NCBI GenBank assembly: GCA_002269645.1
Contig: NIVC01002070.1
Coordinates: forward strand, 62,001 to 126,000
DNA: 64,000 nt
Direction: 5' to 3'
Source: Macrostomum lignano
Lineage: Eukaryota
The notes under the pieces are model-generated. The model made no database searches. It saw only the letters and a program-made list of their open reading frames with translations, and was not told where the DNA came from. This document shows positions 36,401-47,993 of this stretch, one piece after another; the stretch's first letter is position 1; each line of letters opens with the position of its first letter. The position numbers and the translations under genes are program-made.

Positions 36401-39400
36401 GAGAGTCAGATGCGTTCACCTCTGGGCTGCTCTGCCCCTTCGCAAGGTCTTTCATATACTCGTACTCACGGTAGTGGGTTCTGTCTGTGCAGTCTGTGCT
36501 GCCATGGGACAGTGCTCATAAAAACCCAACAGCTTAATTAATATGCCCAACACACCGCAAGGTTTCACGGAGCTGCCATCGCTGCACTTCGTGTCTGACG
36601 CGGTGCACGCCTTCGCCCAAGCGGTGAAGTCCATCCAGGCATCCGTGCTACCGAGACCGCTCACTGCCCAGCTGGTCACAGGAGACCTGCTGATGAGCCA
36701 CCTGAGGAATGTCAGCTTCACTAGTGAGTGATTTTTGCCTTTGGCTAACTTTCAAATTTCTATGAAGAAGGCATTGATCTTTTCTAATAAAAGATCAAAA
36801 TATTCTTATCAAGGACCGTTGGTTTTATTGTTTCTTAAAGTCTAGAAGATGGGTGAGCATCGACTTAAGCGAGGCGTTGGCGAGTTCCTCTCTCAGCCTG
36901 GGTTAAAAATTGGGATTCTAAATAGGGTTTTCAATGAAAATTCGACATGGGAGAGTGTGCATTGGGAGAGTGTACATTGGGAGAGTGTACATTGGGAGAG
37001 TGTACATTAGGAGAGTGTAAATTGTGCGAGTGTACATTGGGAGAGTGTACATTGGGAGAGTGTACATTGGGAGAGTGTACAATGGGAGAGTGTACATTGG
37101 GAGAGTGTACATTGGGAGAGTGTACATTGGGAGAGTGTACATTGGGAGAGTGTACAATGGGAGAGTGTACATTGGGAGAGTGTACATTGGGAGAGTGTAC
37201 ATTGGGAGAGTGTACATTGGGAGAGTGTACATTGGGAGAGTGTACATTGGGAGAGTGTACATTGGGAGAGTGTACATAGGGAGGGTATACATTGGGAGAG
37301 TGTAAAAATGGGAGAGTGTACATAGGGAGAGTGTACATTGGGAGAGTGTACATTGGGAGAGTGTAAAAATGGGAGAGTGTACATTGAGAGAGTGTACAAT
37401 GGGAGAGTGTACATTGAGAGAGCGTACAATGGGAGAGTGTACATTGGGAGAGTGTACATTGGGAGGTGTACATTGGGAGAGTGTACATTGGGAGAGTGTA
37501 CATTGGGAGGTGTACATTGGGAGAGTGTACATTGAGAGAGGGATCTGCGACGGCACGGCTATTCAACTTGTACATGCATGTGTGTGTGGGCCGCTGTACA
37601 CTCCTGTGTGAGTGTGTGCCTGTGCGTATGACTGCGTACGTATCCGCGCGCTTGTGTGCCCGCTCAGAGGAGCCAGCGGAACGGGCAGTATTGCCTCTCT
37701 CTTTTTGTTTGACAATGTCGCTTAAAGTGCAGTGCGCCAGGGTGCTACTAGCGGAGGCCGTAATGTACATTCGGGAGTGTACATAGGGTTATTGAGCCAA
37801 GCCGGTAGGCGACAAGGGAAATGTCAAATATAACAGGACAGAAACCAGTCTGGGTGAGAGAATATTTCCAATTCTTTGCAAATTCTCCTGCCATATTGAA
37901 TGGAATATGGCATTGAATTTCAGCAAATAAAACGGCGCTTCTCGTTGAATCATTATTAAAAGAAATCCGATACGTTATTCTCGGGCCAAGCTGCTGTTTG
38001 CCCATAGCTCTTCCAATCAATAAAGTCCTACTTTGTACTTTAATCTGCCTCTGGCGAATTGCAAGCAGGTATATTGGGAGGTATGGAATGGCGCCAGTTG
38101 GATATCGATGGCGCCAATTGGATATCGATGGCGCCAATTGGATATCGATGGCGCCAATTGGATATCGATGGCGCCAATTGGATATCGATGGCGCCAATTG
38201 GATATCGATGGCGCCAATTGGATATCAATGGCGCCAGTTGGATATCGATGGCGCCAATTTGATATCGATGGCGCCAATTGGATATCGATGGCGCCAATTG
38301 GATATCGATGGCGCCAATTGGATATCGATGGCGCCAATTGGATATCGATGGCGCCAATTGGATATCGATGGCGCCAATTGGATATCGATGGCGCCAATTG
38401 GATATCGATGGCGCCAATTGGATATCGATGGCGCCAATTGGATATCGATGGCGCCAATTGGATATCGATGGCGCCAATTGGATATCGATGGCGCCAATTG
38501 GATATCGATGGCGCCAATTGGATATCGATGGCGCCAATTGGATATTGATGGCGCCAATCGGATAGCGATAGCGCCAATTGGATAGCGATGGCGCCAATTT
38601 GATAGCGATGACGCCAATTGGATATCGATGGCGCAATTGGATATCGATGGCGCCAATTGGATATCGATGGCGCCAATTGGATATCAATGGCGCCAGTTGG
38701 ATATCGATGGCGCCAATTTGATATCGATGGCGCCAATTGGATATCGATGGCGCCAATTGGATATTGATGGCGCCAATTGGATATCGATGGCGCCAATTGG
38801 ATATCGATGGCGCCAATTGGATATTGATGGCGCCAATTGGATAGCGATAGAAGCGATGGCGCCAATTTGATAACGATGACGCCAATTGGATATCGATAGC
38901 GCCAATTGGATATCGATGGCGCCAATTTGATAGCGATGGCGCCAATTGGATATCGATGGCGCCAATTGGATATTGATGGCGCCAATTGGATAGCGATAGC
39001 GCCAATTTGATAGCGATGGCGCCAATTTGATAGCGATGACGCCAATTTGATAGCGATGACGCCAATTGGATGGCGATGGCACCAATTGGATATTGATGGC
39101 GCCAATTGGATAGCGATAGCGCCAATTTGATAGCGATGGCGCCAATTTGATAGCGATGACGCCAATTTGATAGCTATGGCGCCAATTGGATATCGATGGC
39201 GCCAATTGGATATTGATGGCGCCAATTGGATAGCAATGGCGCCAATTTAATAGCGATGGCGCCAATTGGATGGCGATGGCGCCAATTGGATATTGATGGC
39301 GCCAATTGGATAGCAATGGCGCCAATTTAATAGCGATGGCGCCAATTGGATGGCGATGGCGCCAATTGGATATCGATGGCGCCAATTGGATAGCGATGAC

Positions 39401-42400
39401 GCCAATTTGATAGCGATGGCGCCAATTGGATATCGATGGCGCCAATCTAATAGCGATGGCGCCAGTTGAATAGCGATAGCACCACAGAGATTTTTCTTGC
39501 TATTAAAAAACTCGATACTTCAGTCTCCAGCTTTGCGCAGCGGTCTGCTCCCAGCTATCATCTGGTCTGCTGCAGTGGCATCAACTGCTGCATTATTGAC
39601 CAGACCTCGGGCACTGATGACATTTAAAATCTCTACTTTTAGATGTCATCATATTTTGCCTCGAGAAGTCGCCAACTGAGCAAAAAATGGACAAGATTAG
39701 CTAATTAATACTCTTGCTGACTTGGCATTTTGAGTCTCCAGCTTGCGTGCGAGCATCTGCATATGGATGAGCTGCGGAGCCGCGGCTTTTTTGAGGCATT
39801 CGAAGTTTTTTTTTATAGACAGAATTTTATCTACCCTCCTCTGTCTCTGCCTCGTTCCTGCAGGGTGTTGAATATCAATACTCTGTTTCTCGCTAACAGA
39901 GCTCCTGCTCCCCGCCCTCAATTACAGTCCAAGTCTCATCCCCTCCCTTTGATCTTCGTTACTCAACTCTTTTTGCTTTTATCACCGACATCGGGGCATC
40001 CCTGAGCAGGTGACCTGTCAGCTGATCTCACCTCTCCCTCTACCTCCCGCTCCCCTGCCTCTCCCTCTCACTCCCCTGCCTCTCTCTCTCACTCCCCTGC
40101 CTCTCTCTCTCACTCCCCTGCCTCTCTCTCTCACTCCCCTGCCTCTCCCTCTCACTCCTCTCCCTCTCCCTCTCACTCCCCTGCCTCTCTCTCTCACTCC
40201 CCTGCCTCTCTCTCTCACTCCCCTGCCTCTCTCTCTCAGTCCCCTGCCTCTCCCTCTCACTCCCCTGCCTCTCTCTCTCACTCCCCTGCCTCTCTCTCTC
40301 ACTCCCCTGCCTCTCCCTCTCACTCCCCTGCCTCTCCCTCTCACTCCCCTGCCTCTCTCTCTCACTCCCCTGCCTCTCTCTCTCACTCCCCTGCCTCTCT
40401 CTCTCTCACTCCCCTGCCTCTCCCTCTCACTCCTCTCCCTCTCCCTCTCACTCCTCTGCCTCTCTCTCTCACTCCCCTGCCTCTCCCTCTCACCCCCCCT
40501 CCCCCTCCCTACCTATGATTTTATATCCATCCCTATAACAGTCCGTTCACACAGCAGTTCACCAGAGAGCGACCATATGCATATAATGATTATACAGTCG
40601 CATCAGCTACATTTTCGCCAGGCGAGCTTGCACGCAAAATCATCTTTCCATGACTCCCCTGCATCTTCTGCTTAAAGTTTTTTAAAGCCGACACAGTCTT
40701 TGCCGCGTGTGTCTCCCTAGCATAAAAACTAAAAAATACCAAATATTTATTGCCTAGTTGGAAAGGCGCATCAACTCCATCAATATTTCCATTGACAGCG
40801 GGGTCGCGAGAGCCAGCCCGCCCCCTGCAGTCTCCGGCTCCTCTATCAAAGGCGCCGCATGGCAACAGCTGACCTACCCAGTTCAGAAGGGACAGACATG
40901 TCCCAATCGGTAACTTCACTTGGGCCCGATGTTGTCCATCTTTCCCTCATGTCGCCTTGTTCGACCAGAAGGTTCAAAAACTGAATGCATGTGTGGCTTC
41001 AGCTCTTCAGAATTTTAATTGCCTCAACATTGCGTTTCTATGGAAAGTTTTTTGAAGGCTCAAATTTGGCCTAACTGACAATGCAAAAATATAAGACAAA
41101 AAAGCCAAGATTGCTGTTTAACTTTTGTTTAAATCCCTCACAGAATGCACAGGCCAAGGGTTCAAGTTTCATAACGGTGTGGACGGGCCTCCAGAGTACT
41201 CGATCCAGTATTACAACGCCTCCATCAAACGCTGGATCACTGATGGGACTTACATTGGTAAGCAATGAAATTCTGGAGTTCCGCTTGGATGCTTAATCCC
41301 TTCTATAGATTGTTCCATGCAGAATTTCCAAATACGTCTAGGAGATGATCCGAAAAAATCATAAATCCCAAAGCCAATCTCAGATCCCATCAATCATAAA
41401 TCCCTAAGCCAATCTCAGATCCCATAAATCATAAATCCCAAAGCCGATCTCAGATCCCATAAAAATCATAAATCCCTAAGCTAAAATCAAATCCCATAAA
41501 TCATAAATCTCAAAGCCAATCTCAGATTACATAAATCATAAATCCCTAAGCCGATCTCAGTTCCCATAAAAATCATGAATCCCAAAGCTAAAATCAGATC
41601 CCATAAATCATAAATCTCAAAGCCAACTTTAGATCCCATAAATCATAAATCCCAAAGCCGATCTCAGATCCCATCAATCATAAATCCCAAAGCCGATCTC
41701 AGATCCCATCAATCATAAATCCCAAAGCCGATCTCAGTTCCCATAAAAATCATGAATCCCAAAGCTAAAATCAGATCCCATAAATCATAAATCTCAAAGC
41801 CAACTTTAGATCCCATAAATCATAAATCCCAAAGCCGATCTCAGATCCCATCAATCATAAATCCCAAAGCCGATCTCAGATCCCATCAATCATAAATCCC
41901 AAAGCCGATCTCAGATCCCATCAATCATAAATCCCAAAGCCGATCTCAGTTCCCATCAATCATAAATCCCAAAGCCGATCTCAGATCCCATAAATCATAA
42001 ATCCCAAAGCCGATCTCAGATCCCATCAATCATAAATCCCAAAGCCGATCTCAGATCCCATCAATCATAAATCCCAAAGCCGATCTCAGATCCCATCAAT
42101 CATAAATCCCAAAGCCGATCTCAGATCCCATAAATCATAAATCCCAAAGCCGATCTCAGTTCCCATAAAAATCATGAATCCCAAAGCTAAAATCAGATCC
42201 CATAAATCATAAATCCCAAAGCCAATCTCAGATCCCATAAATCATAAATCCCAAAGCCGATTTCAGATCCCATAAATCATAAATTCCAAAGCCAATCTCA
42301 GATCCCATAAATCATAAATCCCAAAGCCGATTTCAGATCCCATAAATCATAAATCCCAAAGCCGATTTCAGATCCCATAAATCATAAATCCCAAAGCTAA

Positions 42401-45400
42401 ACTCAGATCACATATTTCAAATCTAATCTAATATTTCCTATTATTATTCTATTATTATTATTCTATTATTATTCAAATATTTCTATATTTCCATATCTCA
42501 AATCTACGCTCGTAATAGTTCATAAATCCCTAACCCGATCTCAGCTGTGTGAGATCCCAAATCACAGATAGCAAACTTCTTTCTTCATATTTCTCTCCCA
42601 AAATAACTTTCCAACAGGCACAAGGAATTACACTGAGCGCCTGGTTGTGGGGAACCAGCTGGCCTCCGTCATCTCCAGCTTCCCTGAGTCCCGTTGCGCC
42701 AACGATTGTGAGAGTGATGAAGCAAAACAGTTCCCCACCAGCAGCTGCTGTTGGATCTGCATCAAATGCGGCAGGTGAGCCTTCAGTGGTCATGACAGCG
42801 GTCATGTCTGTTTTTATGACGATGTTCATGCCTGTTTTTATGACGATGGTCATGTCTGTTTTTATGACGATGGTCATGCCTGTTTTTATGACGATGGTCA
42901 TGCCTGTTTTTATGACGATGGTCATGCCTGTTTTTATGACGATGTTCATGCCTGTTTTTATGACGATGGTCATGTCTGTTTTTATGACGATGGTCATGCC
43001 TGTTTTTATGACGATGGTCATGTCTGTTTTTATGACGATGGTCATGTCTGTTTTTATGACGATGGTCATGTCTGTTTTTATGACGATGGTCATGCCTGTT
43101 TTTATGACGATGGTCATGCCTGTTTTTATGACGATGTTCATGCCTGTTTTTATGACGATGGTCATGTCTGTTTTTATGACGATGGTCATGCCTGTTTTTA
43201 TGACGATGGTCATGTCTGTTTTTATGACGATGGTCATGTCTGTTTTTATGACGATGGTCATGTCTGTTTTTATGACGATGGTCATGCCTGTTTTTATGAC
43301 GATGGTCATGTCTGTTTTTATGACGATGGTCATGCCTGTTTTTATGACGATGGTCATGTCTGTTTTTATGACGATGGTCATGTCTGTTTTTATGACGATG
43401 GTCATGTCTGTTTTTATGACGATGGTCATGCCTGTTTTTATGACGATGGTCATGTCTGTTTTTATGACGATGGTCATGCCTGTTTTTATGACGATGGTCA
43501 TGTCTGTTTTTATGACGATGGTCATGCCTGTTTTTATGACGATGGTCATGCCTGTTTTTATGACGATGGTCATGCCTGTTTTTATGACGATGGTCATGCC
43601 TGTTTTTATGACGATGGTCATGTCTGTTTTTATGACGATGGTCATGTCTGTTTTTATGACGATGGTCATGTCTGTTTTTATGACGATGGTCATGCCTGTT
43701 TTTATGACGATGGTCATGCCTGTTTTTATGACGATGGTCATGCCTGTTTTTATGACGATGGTCATGTCTGTTTTTATGACGATGGTCATGTCTGTTTTTA
43801 TGACGATGGTCATGCCTGTTTTTATGACGATGGTCATGTCTGTTTTTATGACGATGGTCATGCCTGTTTTTATGACGATGGTCATGCCTGTTTTTATGAC
43901 GATGGTCATGTCTGTTTTTATGACGATGGTCATGCCTGTTTTTATGACGATGGTCATGCCTGTTTTTATGACGATGGTCATGTCTGTTTTTATGACGATG
44001 GTCATGCCTGTTTTTATGACGATGGTCATGCCTGTTTCAATGACGGTTTCACAACCGCTTACATGACTCTGATCATAACCTATCCAATGACCACAAAGAT
44101 GACCGCTTAGAATTCTATCCAACCAAACACTGTGGCCAGGTACGACATTGTGGCTCAGCCTCAGCGCCCGAAGTCAGCGACGCACGGTGAGCCGCAGCCG
44201 CAGCCGCAGCCGCAGCCGCAGCCGCTGTCTTTCGCGGCCTCGGGTCGGCAGGTTTGCCAGACCTGCCCGAACGGCAGCCAGCCGGACCCCGAGCGGCGCA
44301 GGTGTCTGGAGCTGCCGCTGGCCTGGAGCGGCTACAGCCATCCGCACACAGTGCCAGTGGCTGTCATCTCGGCACTTGGGCTGGCAACTACAGGAGCCTT
44401 CGGCCTGGTGTTCCTGAGCAAGAGGGACACGCCACTCATTAAGGCTTCAGGTAAAGCACTGCCCGTAGGGGGTCGCTGGGGGTTGGACAGAATGCCAGAT
44501 TATCTATTAGTGACGTCATTCACCTCTGCTATCACCAGTTGTGACGTCATTCACCTCTGATATCACCAGTTGTGACGTCATTCACCTCTGATATCACCAG
44601 TTGTGACGTCATACACCTCAGCTATCACTAGTTGTGACGTCATCTAACCTCTGATATCACAAGTTGTGACGTCATACACCTCAGCTATCACTAGTTGTGA
44701 CGTCATCTAACCTCTGATATCACCAGTTGCGACGTCATGCACTATCGTCTATGCTTAGATCTGTAGGTATGCACCCAGAGCACAGAAGTACAGATGGGGG
44801 TCACAGCTACAAGACTCTACATCACGACATTTGAAATACTAAAATTTAGTTTGAAATTGATCTCATATAAAAAGCCAATCAACCGATTAGTAAGCCCGAA
44901 TTCATGGACTCAAAGCTTTGATCAATTAATTATCGTCCAGTCTGCATTTTTTTCTCTCTGAGATTGGGATTGGCCGAAACCCGAACGGAGCAATTTCATG
45001 AAATAATTTAGACTCAAGCCTGACGGACTTACAGGGGGAGTTGGGGTGGGTGCGGACCCCCGCTGAGCTCGGACAAACACTGATTTACCCATATCGCAGC
45101 CATGAATTATGCAGCCGCGCTGCCAGCCAGGCAGGGAGCTCGGGCTTGCGGGAGGCTGCCAACTCGGATTGGCCACCATCCATTGGAATGTGGATCTAGG
45201 ATCTGGGATCTAGGATCTGGGATCTAGGATCTGGGATCTAGGATCTGGGATCTAGGATCTGGGATCTAGGATCTGGGATCTAGGATCTGGGATCTAGGAT
45301 CTGGGATCTAGGATCTGGGATCTAGGATCTGGGATCTAGGATCTGGGATCTAGGATCTGGGATCTAGGATCTGGGATCTAGGATCTGGGATCTAGGATCT

Positions 45401-47951
45401 GGGATCTAGGATCTGGGATCTAGGATCTGGGATCTAGGATCTGGGATCTAGGATCTGGGATCTAGGATCTGGGATCTAGGATCTGGGATCTAGGATCTGG
45501 GATCTAGGATCTGGGATCTAGGATCTGGGATCTAGGATCTGGGATCTAGGATCTGGGATCTAGGATCTGGGATCTAGGATCTGGGATCTAGGATCTGGGA
45601 TCTAGGATCTGGGATCTAGGATCTGGGATCTAGGATCTGGGATCTAGGATCTGGGATCTAGGATCTGGGATCTAGGATCTGGGATCTAGGATCTGGGATC
45701 TAGGATCTGGGATCTAGGATCTGGGATCTAGGATCTGGGATCTAGGATCTGGGATCTAGGATCTGGGATCTAGGATCTGGGATCTAGGATCTGGGATCTA
45801 GGATCTGGGATCTAGGATCTGGGATCTAGGATCTGGGATCTAGGATCTGGGATCTAGGATCTGGGATCTAGGATCTGGGATCTAGGATCTGGGATCTAGG
45901 ATCTGGGATCTAGGATCTGGGATCTAGGATCTGGGATCTAGGATCTGGGATCTAGGATCTGGGATCTAGGATCTGGGATCTAGGATCTGGGATCTAGGAT
46001 CTGGGATCTAGGATCTGGGATCTAGGATCTGGGATCTAGGATCTGGGATCTAGGATCTGGGATCTAGGATCTGGGATCTAGGATCTGGGATCTAGGATCT
46101 GGGATCTAGGATCTGGGATCTAGGATCTGGGATCTAGGATCTGGGATCTAGGATCTGGGATCTAGGATCTGGGATCTAGGATCTGGGATCTAGGATCTGG
46201 GATCTAGGATCTGGGATCTAGGATCTGGGATCTAGGATCTGGGATCTAGGATCTGGGATCTAGGATCTGGGATCTAGGATCTGGGATCTAGGATCTGGGA
46301 TCTAGGATCTGGGATCTAGGATCTGGGATCTAGGATCTGGGATCTAGGATTTGGGATCAAACAATCAAAAGTAACTCAAGCAACCCACTTACCGCAGGCC
46401 GGGAGACATCTGCGGTGCTGCTGGTCGGGATTTTCCTGTCCTACCTGTGCCCCTACCTGATGCTGCTGAAGCCGCACCTGGTGGTCTGCGCGCTGACCCG
46501 CCTGGCCCCCGGCCTCTGCTTCACCGTGTGCTACGCGGCCATCCTGGCCAAGACCAACCGCATTGCGCGTATCTTCCAGGTGTCCGCCAGCTCCTCCAAG
46601 CGCACGAAGTTCACCAGCCCGATCTCGCAGCTGTACATCATCGGCTCCATGGTGGTGGCCGAGCTGCTCATCCTGGCCGTCGGCCTCGTCGTTGACACGC
46701 CACGCGCCGTGGTGCGCGAGTCGCACGAGGTCCGGGCGCTCGAGTGCAGCGGGGTTCGAGCCGCGCACCTCAGCACGGGCATCTCCTTCCCCATCGTGCT
46801 GCTGCTGCTGGCCACCCTCTACGCCTTCAAGATCCGCAAAGTCCCGGACGGCTTTAACGAAAGCCGCATGCTGGCCTTCGTCAACTACGCCAACTGCACC
46901 GTGGTGATCATCCTCATTCCCGTCATGTTCGTGCTGGACAGGGAGGCAAGTCTAATTAATCGCGTGTCTTTGATCCCGTGTCTTTGATCCCATGTCTTTG
47001 ATCTCGTGTCTTTGATCCCATGTCTTTGATCTCGTGTCTTTGATTCCATGTCTTTGATCTCGTGTCTTTGATTCCATGTCTTTGATCCCGTGTCTTTGAT
47101 CCCGTGACTTTGATCCCGTGTTTTTGATCCATGTCTTTGATCCCGTGACTTTGATCCCGTGTCTTTGACCCCATGTCTTTGATCCCGTGACTTTGACCCC
47201 GTGTCTTTGATCCATGTCTTTGATCCCGTGTCTTTGATCCCGTGACTTTGATCCCGTGTCTTTGATCCATGTCTTTGATCCCGTGTCTTTGATCCCATAT
47301 CTTTGATCCCGTGTCTTTGATCCATGTCTTTGATCCCGTGTCTTTGATCCCATGTCTTTGATCCCAGATCCCAGATCCCTGAAATCAGATCTCGGATCCC
47401 AGATCTCAGATCCCAGATCCCAGTTCCAAGATCTCAGTTCCCAGATCCCAGATCCCAGATCCCAGATCTCAGATCCCAGATCCCAGATCCCAGACCCCAG
47501 ATCCCAGATCCCAGATCCCGGATCCCAGATCATAGAGGCATAGAATACATCCGCAGGATACAGTACCCATTGCTCAGCTGCATGCCAGCCAGACTAATCT
47601 GCACTAATGGACCGATCAACATGTGGTGACTGAAAATGGGCTTTTTCCTGTTCCTGAGCCCTAGCCACCCACACCGTTAATCCCCAGCTTTGCCGAGCAC
47701 TCTCCTCACCCAGTGCTGGCTGCTGGCACCAGTGCTGAGTTGCGTCTGCCAACAGACTCGCCCTCACTCTGCGAGAGTTTTTTCTACTCAGAATTCCGTC
47801 AAAAATTCCCTCCTCCATTTCCGACCCGAAAGTGCATCTCCAGTTGAGGGTCTGCGAGCTTGAGACAGAGATTGCGGAGCCGGGGTGCAGACATGCATGA
47901 TTAATGATGCAATTAGATAGATAGATAGATAGATAAGAGAGATAGATAGAG

Positions 47952-47993
<42 letters not shown>

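Noticed and set aside
36918-44122. ORFs from the 15-, 20-, 21- and 24-bp arrays (MYTLP, MAPSISNW, RERGRG, MTIVIKT)
   Set aside because: Same repeat artefact; open on both strands.
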